In this document: positions 27,568 to 34,119 of the stretch, in pieces
Position numbering within the stretch: position 1 is the stretch's first letter
How the letters are laid out: every line of letters starts with the position of its first letter
Virus record (IMG/VR): IMGVR_UViG_3300029915_000731
Span: 1-64,000 of that record
DNA: 64,000 bases
Reading direction: 5' to 3' (one strand)
Origin: a virus
Translations under genes and position numbers: made by a program
Notes under the pieces: model-generated
What the model saw: only the letters and a program-made list of their open reading frames with translations
Databases searched by the model: none
Told to the model about the DNA's origin: nothing

Positions 27568-27911
27568 TAGACTATCGACGGGAGTTTAAAGAAACTTACC
27601 GACTGAGATAGTTTCATTGCGTCGGATAGTGCTACTTTAACCGCCCCCTCCACTTGAGTGACTCTTTCCACACTGGCGTCCAATTTTTTGATTCCCGGAA
27701 GAACGCTACCCCTCATCCAATCTGCTGCACAGTTAAACTCCTCCGCCCTAGATGATAGGTCTTCTTGGTTTAGAAGAGTCAACACCTGATTTAGACACAA
27801 CCCTAAATCACTCAACGACTGTCTGACCCCTGCGTCAGTAGCAACCCAGAAGGCCGCTGCTACACTGTTCTGTGCTGTCGCAACAAGAATCCTAACTTCA
27901 CTTTGCTCCAT
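27567..27911 (-). CDS. Hypothetical protein
   Basis: 114 aa, AGGAG SD. Confidence 0.6.
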   Translation of the reverse strand: MEQSEVRILVATAQNSVAAAFWVATDAGVRQSLSDLGLCLNQVLTLLNQEDLSSRAEEFNCAADWMRGSVLPGIKKLDASVERVTQVEGAVKVALSDAMKLSQSVSFFKLPSIV

Positions 27912-28866
27912 GTCGCTCTCCTGTAACTAACTGGTGATGGGTCTCAGCCAGTCTCTTGACTGCATCACTTGCGTTGGTTAAATCACTATCAGCCTTGGCC
28001 GCGTCTCGTTCAATCTGATAGAGCTTCTTGGTCTCTGCGCGTAGCTCCAATGGGGAAAACTTATACATATTCCTCTGGATGAACTCGCTCTGCCCCATCA
28101 GTAGCACCAAGTAGTCACTCTTGGCCTGACTTCTCAGGGTCACGAGGTCTTCAGACAACAGGACACAGAGCTGTTGGATAGTGGGGTCTGCCGCCTTCAT
28201 CAGAGGGCGAAGCCGCTTCTTCACCATGTGGTGGATGAAGGGTTTTATTGCCGCATCCATACCGGAGATGACCATATTCATCTGCTGCTGGGTCATGAGG
28301 GTATTTCGGCTACTGGTGAGTGTGCTGGTAACACTGCCTGTCTTGGTGGAACTCCCAGCATTAGTAGTGGTGTCGGTAAGAGTCGTGTTCACTTTCACCG
28401 CGTTAGAGGTTGTGTTGGTGGCGGTTGTGGTGTTGGTGGTTGTATTTGTGGATGCCGTGGTAGCCATGGCCGTTCGGACACCTGCCGCTGTGGTAGAAGT
28501 CAGCGACTTTGTTTTCGCCGCAAGCTCCTGCTCCCGCTTTCCGAGAGCCAAGTCGCTCACCATAATAGCATAATCGCGAAGGACTGAGATGGCGGCTTCT
28601 CGGGCTCGAAGGTCATCCTGCTTAATGAAGTCAGTCAACTGACCGGGGCGGTATCCGGTTGAAGAGTAGTGGTCGATGAGGGTCGATTCCTCCTCTAGTG
28701 TATGGATGGTGCTCACACCGAGGTACGCCGAGTCTACCTGTGCTAAAGCGGCAGGAGCCGGAAGAGAGAAGGCCCCCACACCCCTAGCCCAACGACTATA
28801 GCCGCAGCCACTAGTGACAACGAGGAGAGTAAGTAAGGTAAGAGATTGTACTTGTCGAGAGTTCAT
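27898..28866 (-). CDS. Putative lipoprotein with Thr-rich insert
   Basis: Signal peptide with lipobox TSGC. Confidence 0.7.
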   Translation of the reverse strand: MNSRQVQSLTLLTLLVVTSGCGYSRWARGVGAFSLPAPAALAQVDSAYLGVSTIHTLEEESTLIDHYSSTGYRPGQLTDFIKQDDLRAREAAISVLRDYAIMVSDLALGKREQELAAKTKSLTSTTAAGVRTAMATTASTNTTTNTTTATNTTSNAVKVNTTLTDTTTNAGSSTKTGSVTSTLTSSRNTLMTQQQMNMVISGMDAAIKPFIHHMVKKRLRPLMKAADPTIQQLCVLLSEDLVTLRSQAKSDYLVLLMGQSEFIQRNMYKFSPLELRAETKKLYQIERDAAKADSDLTNASDAVKRLAETHHQLVTGERHGAK

Positions 28867-28885
28867 GTAGCTTAATACTGAAAAT

Positions 28886-28960
28886 TGGAGCGGGAGACGG
28901 GAATCGAACCCGCGACATTCAGCTTGGGAAGCTGACGTTCTACCACTGAACTACTCCCGC
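28886..28960 (-). tRNA. trnG: tRNA-Gly(CCC)
   Basis: TCAGC-TTCCCAA-GCTGA, U73-CCA. Confidence 0.97.
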
Positions 28961-28997
28961 TCACTTCGTATGAATCTCTCTTCGACCGTACAAACTT

Positions 28998-29162
28998 TTA
29001 TTTTACAATAGAGATGATGTCACGGCCTTCTTCACCGACCACGTAGGCTGTGATCGAAGATTGATCGAACTTCCGATAGCAGCGCGGGGTGTCCCCGTCG
29101 ATGTGAATGCGGACAGTAGACGCCTGTGACATCAGGAATCCCACGTTCTCCTTCTGCATCAT
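28998..29162 (-). CDS. Small hypothetical protein (54 aa)
   Basis: MMQKENVGFLMSQ...IISIVK; follows tandem GTATTAG motifs. Confidence 0.45.
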   Translation of the reverse strand: MMQKENVGFLMSQASTVRIHIDGDTPRCYRKFDQSSITAYVVGEEGRDIISIVK

Positions 29163-29198
29163 CTCTAATACTGCTAATACTGCTGTTCTACTATTTAC

Positions 29199-29274
29199 TG
29201 GTAGGGTTAGTGGGGTTCGAACCCACGTTGGAAGATTGAAAGTCTTCTATCCTGACCGATTAGATGATAACCCC
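29199..29274 (-). tRNA. trnE: tRNA-Glu(TTC)
   Basis: GAAGA-CTTTCAA-TCTTC, CCA. Confidence 0.92.
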
Positions 29275-29280
29275 AAAAAA

Positions 29281-29358
29281 TGGTAGGGCCAGTGAGATTC
29301 GAACTCACGATTTCCTCCTTGAGAGGGAGGCGGCTTAAGCCAACTGGCCTATGACCCC
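29281..29358 (-). tRNA. trnE: tRNA-Glu(CTC)
   Basis: CCTCC-CTCTCAA-GGAGG, CCA. Confidence 0.92.
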
Positions 29359-29375
29359 ACATTACATCTAAAATT

Positions 29376-29443
29376 TGGTAGCGGTTTCCGACGCCCGCAC
29401 GGTTCCTCCCAGCAGCTACGGGGAGCCCGTTGTTACACCGCTA
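29376..29443 (-). ncRNA. Degenerate tRNA-like element ending in ACCA
   Basis: AGCGGT/ACCGCT-ACCA with one long internal hairpin. Confidence 0.4.
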
Positions 29444-29472
29444 GCTGTTCTCTAGTTCCAAGCGGGAGTCAT

Positions 29473-29579
29473 TTTCAATCAGACCCCGAGACTTTCCGGG
29501 GATGTAACGCCTGTGCGTAATCTCACTGTCCCCGATAGTTTCTTTCAATCGGACCCCCGATACCTTCCGGGGATGTAAC
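29473..29579 (-). CRISPR. Two-repeat mini CRISPR array
   Basis: Repeats 29473-29508 and 29543-29579 (GTTACATCCCCGGAARGTMTCGGGGTCYGATTGAAA), 34-nt spacer. Confidence 0.75.
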
Positions 29580-29594
29580 GCCTGTGCGTAATCT

Positions 29595-29670
29595 TGGTAC
29601 TCTCGGTTGGATTCGAACCGACGATTTCCTCCGTGTCGAGGAGGCGATTTAGCCACTAATCTACGAGAGC
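29595..29670 (-). tRNA. trnV: tRNA-Val(GAC), atypical C33
   Basis: CCTCC-TCGACAC-GGAGG, CCA. Confidence 0.88.
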
Positions 29671-29676
29671 AAAACT

Positions 29677-30351
29677 TTAGTACAGTAAGTCTAGTTCACC
29701 CTTCAATATTCTCTCTGGGTACTGAACCATCTTACCATTGCGATGGTCTTTTGCGAAGCCCTTAATGAAGTTGTAGGTGCGAATCTTATCGCCCCGGCCA
29801 CCTCCACCTAACTGACTCTGCCGCTCAATACCGTAAGTGGTCTCTGCTTCCTTATCCTTCGCCAGCTTCACTTTCTGAGCTAGGATGGCAAGTGCGTCTT
29901 CCTTGTTACGGTGTTGGTCTCGACCATTGATAAAGACCGACAATCCAGTGGGCTTGTGTACGGCTCTCACCGCACTGTCGGTGGTGTTCTGATGCTGCCC
30001 ACCTTTACCGTGCCCCCGCTGAGTCTTGACTTCAATCTCAGAATCGGGAAGTTTGTCCTGATACTTCTCAGGAGGTAATGGCAATACAGCTACCGAGACC
30101 ACTGATGTGTGCCGCCGTCCAGCCCTGTCATTATCAGGGCACCGCTGGACAACGTGCTTTCCAGCTTCCCGGCGAAATAGTTCCCATACGTCTTGCCCAG
30201 AGAACTTCATTACTGCGTGTCCAAAACTACTGGTGAGTATCTCGGTCTTGAGTTTCTTGCGGAGCCCATACTGTGCGTAAGCACTGAGCATGTCGTCCAC
30301 GAAACCCTTCGAGTCATCCCCACCTTCACCGAAGTGAATTTCGAGAATCAA
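29677..30351 (-). CDS. Class-1 peptide chain release factor homolog lacking domain 1; true start likely 30417/30421 via stop bypass
   Basis: ILEIHFGEGG, EAGKHVVQRCP, GRRHTS, GKGGQHQNTTDSAVR, KIRTYNF. Confidence 0.9.
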   Translation of the reverse strand: MILEIHFGEGGDDSKGFVDDMLSAYAQYGLRKKLKTEILTSSFGHAVMKFSGQDVWELFRREAGKHVVQRCPDNDRAGRRHTSVVSVAVLPLPPEKYQDKLPDSEIEVKTQRGHGKGGQHQNTTDSAVRAVHKPTGLSVFINGRDQHRNKEDALAILAQKVKLAKDKEAETTYGIERQSQLGGGGRGDKIRTYNFIKGFAKDHRNGKMVQYPERILKGELDLLY

Positions 30352-30469
30352 ATCTGAGGATGGTCTAAAGACAGTTCCCTCGGACTGTATTCACCGCGTT
30401 GCTTTTCTGTTTTTCATACATAGCATCCTCCTCAGGATTGAATTAAATCTTCTTCCTTCCAGCCTCTTA

Positions 30470-30634
30470 TCACCTCGACTGCTGTCGCTCGTGGCTCAGG
30501 TAAGAATAACTTGCCATGAGAAAACCAATTGGATCATCTCCAGCACCAACATCACCATCAAACAGTTCTACCAAGAACTTCGCTACTCTCGCTTCGTCAG
30601 GCGAGTATGGATTGGTCTCCATGTTACGTGTCAT
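30470..30634 (-). CDS. Small hypothetical protein (54 aa)
   Basis: AAGGTGAG SD; MTRNMETNPYSPDEARVAKFL...GAGDDPIGFL. Confidence 0.55.
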   Translation of the reverse strand: MTRNMETNPYSPDEARVAKFLVELFDGDVGAGDDPIGFLMASYSYLSHERQQSR

Positions 30635-30668
30635 TTCTCACCTTAGAACAGTAAATCTACTCCAAAAC

Positions 30669-30744
30669 TGGTGGAGCTGGAGAGGCTTGAACTCTCGACC
30701 TTTTCCATGCCATGGAAACGCGCTCCCAACTGCGCCACAGCCCC
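30669..30744 (-). tRNA. trnA: tRNA-Ala(GGC)
   Basis: TTTCC-ATGGCAT-GGAAA; G3:U70. Confidence 0.96.
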
Positions 30745-30751
30745 ACAACTT

Positions 30752-30855
30752 CGTGTGATGCAGTGCCGGAATCGAACCGACCTTGTGGCCGACAGAATCA
30801 TCCAAGCCATCTTATGGATTCAAGAGAACCCAGTTCTCTTCATCCTGCACACACG
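30752..30855 (-). ncRNA. tRNA-like RNA with canonical T arm but closed termini
   Basis: GTCGG-TTCGATT-CCGGC; 8-bp AAGAGAAC/GTTCTCTT arm; no CCA. Confidence 0.55.
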
Positions 30856-30863
30856 CTAAAAAT

Positions 30864-30942
30864 TGGCGGTTCCAGCGGGATTTGAACCCGCGATCTTCAC
30901 CTTGACAGGGTGACGGGGACGGCCAGACTCCCCTATGAAACC
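30864..30942 (-). tRNA. trnD: tRNA-Asp(GTC)
   Basis: TCACC-CTGTCAA-GGTGA; G73-CCA. Confidence 0.95.
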
Positions 30943-30950
30943 AAAACTTT

Positions 30951-31026
30951 TGGTGGAGCTAGTCGGGATCGAACCGACGACCTCATCGTTGCGAACGATG
31001 CGCTCTCCCAACTGAGCTATAGCCCC
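30951..31026 (-). tRNA. trnA: tRNA-Ala(CGC)
   Basis: CATCG-TTCGCAA-CGATG; G3:U70. Confidence 0.97.
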
Positions 31027-31042
31027 ATCCCCCTTTATGCGC

Positions 31043-31223
31043 GACCGTAAGGGCTCGTGACAGAGTTGACCTAGCGGCGGGGGTACCGTTTCATGCCTCT
31101 CCCAGTGTCACCCAAGAGACTACAAGCGGCGGAGGTACGGTAGCATGTCAAAACCAGAGAGCGAGTCTTTCTCCATCTGTTATGTGTTTACTACTCTCGC
31201 CCTACCGTCACAACCCATTGGTC
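31043..31223 (-). ncRNA. Unassigned multi-stem structured RNA
   Basis: Nested pairings GACC/GGTC, GGGTTGTGAC/GTCACGAGCCC, GGTAG/CTACC, GCGAG/CTCGC, GTACC/GGTAC. Confidence 0.5.
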
Positions 31224-31254
31224 AGTTTCTACTCACTGGGTCGGACTTAAACTT

Positions 31255-31291
31255 TTTCAATTGAACCCCGAGACCTTCCGGGGATAACAAC
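31255..31291 (-). CRISPR. Solitary CRISPR-like repeat, variant 2
   Basis: GTTGTTATCCCCGGAAGGTCTCGGGGTTCAATTGAAA. Confidence 0.65.
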
Positions 31292-31299
31292 CACTTATA

Positions 31300-31380
31300 T
31301 AAGATGTGAGGATGAGCTTCTCGTCTCACCCATAGCGGGTTCTTATGTTGCCGCCGTCCTGATTGAACGATCACACCTTA
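31300..31380 (-). ncRNA. Cloverleaf-like RNA without anticodon loop or CCA
   Basis: TAAGGTGTGA/TCACATCTTA terminal stem enclosing three arms. Confidence 0.45.
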
Positions 31381-31384
31381 AACT

Positions 31385-31461
31385 TGGAGCACTAGGAGGA
31401 ACTCGAATCCTCGCATTAACGGTTTTGCAGACCGTCGCCTTACCATCTTGGCCACTAGTGC
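31385..31461 (-). tRNA. trnC: tRNA-Cys(GCA)
   Basis: ACGGT-CTGCAAA-ACCGT; U73-CCA. Confidence 0.92.
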
Positions 31462-31466
31462 TAAAC

Positions 31467-31545
<79 letters not shown>

Positions 31546-31603
31546 TGAGGGGGTAAATTTATAAAGCGGAAAGTCTACGTCAGACCCCCATCCGCTGAAT
31601 TAC

Positions 31604-31988
31604 TGTGCCAAACCGATAAGCGGAGTTCTGTTCCCCTCGCGGGGTGACAATCATTCGTCTACGAATACTGTTACCAGTACCCTCTAGCCCTCAACCCGCC
31701 GATTCATAACGGTACGAGCAGTACCTGTCGGCCTATTTGAAGTTGCATCGCGTAGAGATTGCCCGTTTCACCCGGCGTCCGGTTTCCCGGCTGACCGACT
31801 CGTCTCTGTTGCTCTAATCGTCGCAAGGGGGATTGGTTGGGAATTTACGGCTGTTACACCGCTGTCACGTTCGACATGAGAAACGCTTCCAACCACACCT
31901 TACGCTAGGCCGTTAGCCTATACGCTGCTCTTTGATGCTCCGACTTTCCTCCCCCACTTGCGTGGCGGCGATTGTCTGGTTTGGCACA
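31604..31988 (-). ncRNA. rnpB: RNase P RNA (bacterial type A)
   Basis: P1 TGTGCCAAACC/GGTTTGGCACA; GAGGAAAGTCGGAGC pairing with ACAGAACTCCGCTTA (P4); GGGCAATCTCTAC, TGCAAC, GGTAAC. Confidence 0.95.
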
Positions 31989-32019
31989 ATTCTGTATTGA
32001 AGCCGGGTCGGGACTTACA

Positions 32020-32361
32020 TCAATCCACCTTGATGCGTTCTACTGCCACGCAGCGGAGGTGGTCTCGCACCTCTTGAGAGAACTCGTTGAACATCGTGCC
32101 CTTATCCAACCAGTGCAAGATGGCCGCCCAAGTCTCCTCTTCAGGGGTCCACTGCCCTTCAAGACCGTAACACGAGCAGTGTGAACCGTGAACTGAAAAC
32201 AGCTTACCATCCTTCTCGAATAGGACAAAAGCCGAACCCTCGTAACACTCGTAGCGATACACAGCCGCGTAGATTACAGCGTCCTTCAATTCGTCCTCGC
32301 CGATTTGGAACTCCCGGCGGATGTCTTCAGCTTCATTGAACTGCTCCTCGAATACATTCAT
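32020..32361 (-). CDS. Conserved phage hypothetical protein (start revised to MNVFEE)
   Basis: AGGAG SD; YEGSAFVLF..DGKLF.VHGSHCSCYGLEGQW. Confidence 0.75.
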   Translation of the reverse strand: MNVFEEQFNEAEDIRREFQIGEDELKDAVIYAAVYRYECYEGSAFVLFEKDGKLFSVHGSHCSCYGLEGQWTPEEETWAAILHWLDKGTMFNEFSQEVRDHLRCVAVERIKVD

Positions 32362-32447
32362 TGTGTTTTCTCCTTGTGAAATCACATTCACGGGTGGAGT
32401 CGCGCAATGAAGTTCGATATGACAGCCCAACCCGACTTCAAAACTTT

Positions 32448-32526
32448 TGGTGGACCTCCAGAGATTCGAACTCTGCTGATATTTTCGGTGCAAGCGAAAT
32501 AAACACTCCTAGCATTTCCGAGGCCC
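32448..32526 (-). tRNA. trnA: tRNA-Ala(TGC), divergent D arm
   Basis: TTTCG-CTTGCAC-CGAAA; G3:U70; ACCA. Confidence 0.85.
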
Positions 32527-32568
32527 ACATTAAACTTAAATTTTCAAAGACCGTCAAGCTCTAAACTT

Positions 32569-32605
32569 TTTCAATTGAACCCCGAGACCTTCCGGGGATA
32601 ACAAC
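32569..32605 (-). CRISPR. Solitary CRISPR-like repeat, variant 2
   Basis: Identical to 31255-31291 including short flanks. Confidence 0.65.
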
Positions 32606-32711
32606 CACTTATAAGCTTGATTCGTCGGGTGTCAAGCTTATTAGCTTGTCCCGGTGTCAACCTAATACTGTTGACATTACCTTTGTCAACGTTACTCTGT
32701 TGACGAAACTC

Positions 32712-32786
32712 TGGAGCGGGAGACGGGAATCGAACCCGCGACCAACAGCTTGGAAGGCTGAGACTCTACCACTGAGTTACTCCCGC
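32712..32786 (-). tRNA. trnG: tRNA-Gly(TCC)
   Basis: CAGC-CTTCCAA-GCTG. Confidence 0.97.
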
Positions 32787-32810
32787 ATCTACCCCCTTCA
32801 TAAAATCTCT

Positions 32811-32903
32811 GAGGAGCCTACAGGACACTACCTGTAGTCATTGGCGGTAATCGGGTCTCCCCTTCCCGCTAGGTAAGCCGAACTTACGTTTCGGCCACTC
32901 CTC
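32811..32903 (-). ncRNA. Unassigned four-way-junction RNA
   Basis: GAGGAG/CTCCTC; GCCGAA/TTCGGC; GCGG..GGG-GAGA-CCC..CCGC; CTACAGG/CCTGTAG. Confidence 0.55.
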
Positions 32904-32909
32904 AAACTT

Positions 32910-32984
32910 TGGTACTCGATAAAGGATTCGAACCTTCGACTTCCCACTTGTAAGGAGGGCACTCTACCGCTGAGTTAATCGAGC
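32910..32984 (-). tRNA. trnV: tRNA-Val(TAC)
   Basis: CCCTC-CTTACAA-GTGGG; CCA. Confidence 0.93.
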
Positions 32985-33012
32985 AAAAGTAAAGCCACCT
33001 TAAGGGTGGCCT
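32985..33012 (-). terminator. Attenuator terminator of tRNA operon 2
   Basis: AGGCCACC-CTTAA-GGTGGCTT-TACTTTT directly before tRNA-Val. Confidence 0.8.
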
Positions 33013-33035
33013 CGTTAGGTTCGGATTGATTCTGC

Positions 33036-33152
33036 TTATCCGATTCCTCCCGAGGACATGGTACCCTCATCTCCGCCTTCGCAATCAGCGGCCACGCCCG
33101 CGGCGACTGCTGCGGCGCTGACGGCTACGATGCTGGCGATGGTGTTGGTCAT
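33036..33152 (-). CDS. Val/Ala/Gly/Asp/Cys/Glu leader peptide MTNTIASIVAVSAAAVAAGVAADCEGGDEGTMSSGGIG
   Basis: GAGGA SD; lies between promoter and terminator; codons match downstream tRNAs. Confidence 0.85.
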   Translation of the reverse strand: MTNTIASIVAVSAAAVAAGVAADCEGGDEGTMSSGGIG

Positions 33153-33170
33153 GTTCTTCCTCACACTTTT

Positions 33171-33200
33171 ATAATACCCAGTATTTCTGGTTTTTGTCAA
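33171..33200 (-). promoter_or_regulatory. sigma70-type promoter of tRNA operon 2
   Basis: TTGACA-N18-TATTAT. Confidence 0.8.
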
Positions 33201-33243
33201 TTCATTTCTGAATTTATTTTTAAACCCCATCATCTTTTCAATT

Positions 33244-33434
33244 TTTCAATCAGACCCCGAGACTTTCCGGGGATGTAACTAAATCTTGGGGTCGGGTAGA
33301 CCGTTGGTTTCAATTTTCAATGTTTCAATCGAACCCCGAGACTTCCCGGGGATGTAACGTGTTTTTGGGCGACCACGATACGCAGGCCCCTTTCAATCTT
33401 TCAATCGGACCCCGATACCTTCCGGGGATGTAAC
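33244..33434 (-). CRISPR. Three-repeat mini CRISPR array
   Basis: 36-nt repeats at 33244-33279, 33323-33358, 33399-33434; 43- and 40-nt spacers. Confidence 0.8.
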
Positions 33435-33441
33435 CTGTAGC

Positions 33442-34071
33442 CTACACAATACCCAGTTCAGCGGGAGATGTCAACTCAGTTCTGAACGTTGCTTTCAATT
33501 GAGAAACCCCACGATAAATGTCGGATTTGACGGCTGTGAGACTCTTGCCCATCATCTCCGCCAGTTCTTTTCCTGTATACCCCTCAATCTGGCTCAGAGC
33601 CACCACCGTGCGATACTTGGGTGGCAGCTTGAGCAGGGCACGGTGGATATCCTCGCGTGCCGGGAAGGACTCTTGCTGTCGGTCTGGGACGCTAAGCTGA
33701 ATCCTACCCCCGGTGAATGATTCCCTTCCCTCTTCATAAGGAATCTGCTCATCAAGTGAGATGTCGAAGACCCGCTTCCGGTACTTGCGAAGGTGTTGGA
33801 GTCCCTCGTTTACTGCGATGCGGTGAGCCCACGTAACAAAACTGGACTCGAAATTGAATCGCTTCAAGTTTAGGTACACCTTCAGCCACGTGTTGGCCGC
33901 AATGTCACAGGCTAGGTCGGGCTGCTCTACCACTCCCCTAGCTGCCTTGAACACACGGTCATCATAGCGTCGGTAGAGTTTACCGAACGCCTCCTCATCA
34001 CCCTTCTTTGCACGCCGAATGAGACTCAACACTTCCTTGTCGTCAAACATTCGTACCTTCTTCTTAACCAT
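33442..34071 (-). CDS. ECF-type sigma-70 factor
   Basis: GDEEAFGKLY, F.TW.HRIAVN (region 2), LPPKYR...EGYTGKELAEMMG (region 4). Confidence 0.9.
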   Translation of the reverse strand: MVKKKVRMFDDKEVLSLIRRAKKGDEEAFGKLYRRYDDRVFKAARGVVEQPDLACDIAANTWLKVYLNLKRFNFESSFVTWAHRIAVNEGLQHLRKYRKRVFDISLDEQIPYEEGRESFTGGRIQLSVPDRQQESFPAREDIHRALLKLPPKYRTVVALSQIEGYTGKELAEMMGKSLTAVKSDIYRGVSQLKATFRTELTSPAELGIV

Positions 34072-34119
34072 TCAATCCCTCAAAAAAGTGATAAACCCCA
34101 ATACGCAGTTTCAGTCAGT

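Noticed and set aside
33153-33233. N-terminal extension of ORF-track entry 33036..33233
   Set aside because: That ATG is upstream of the promoter; the SD supports ATG 33152
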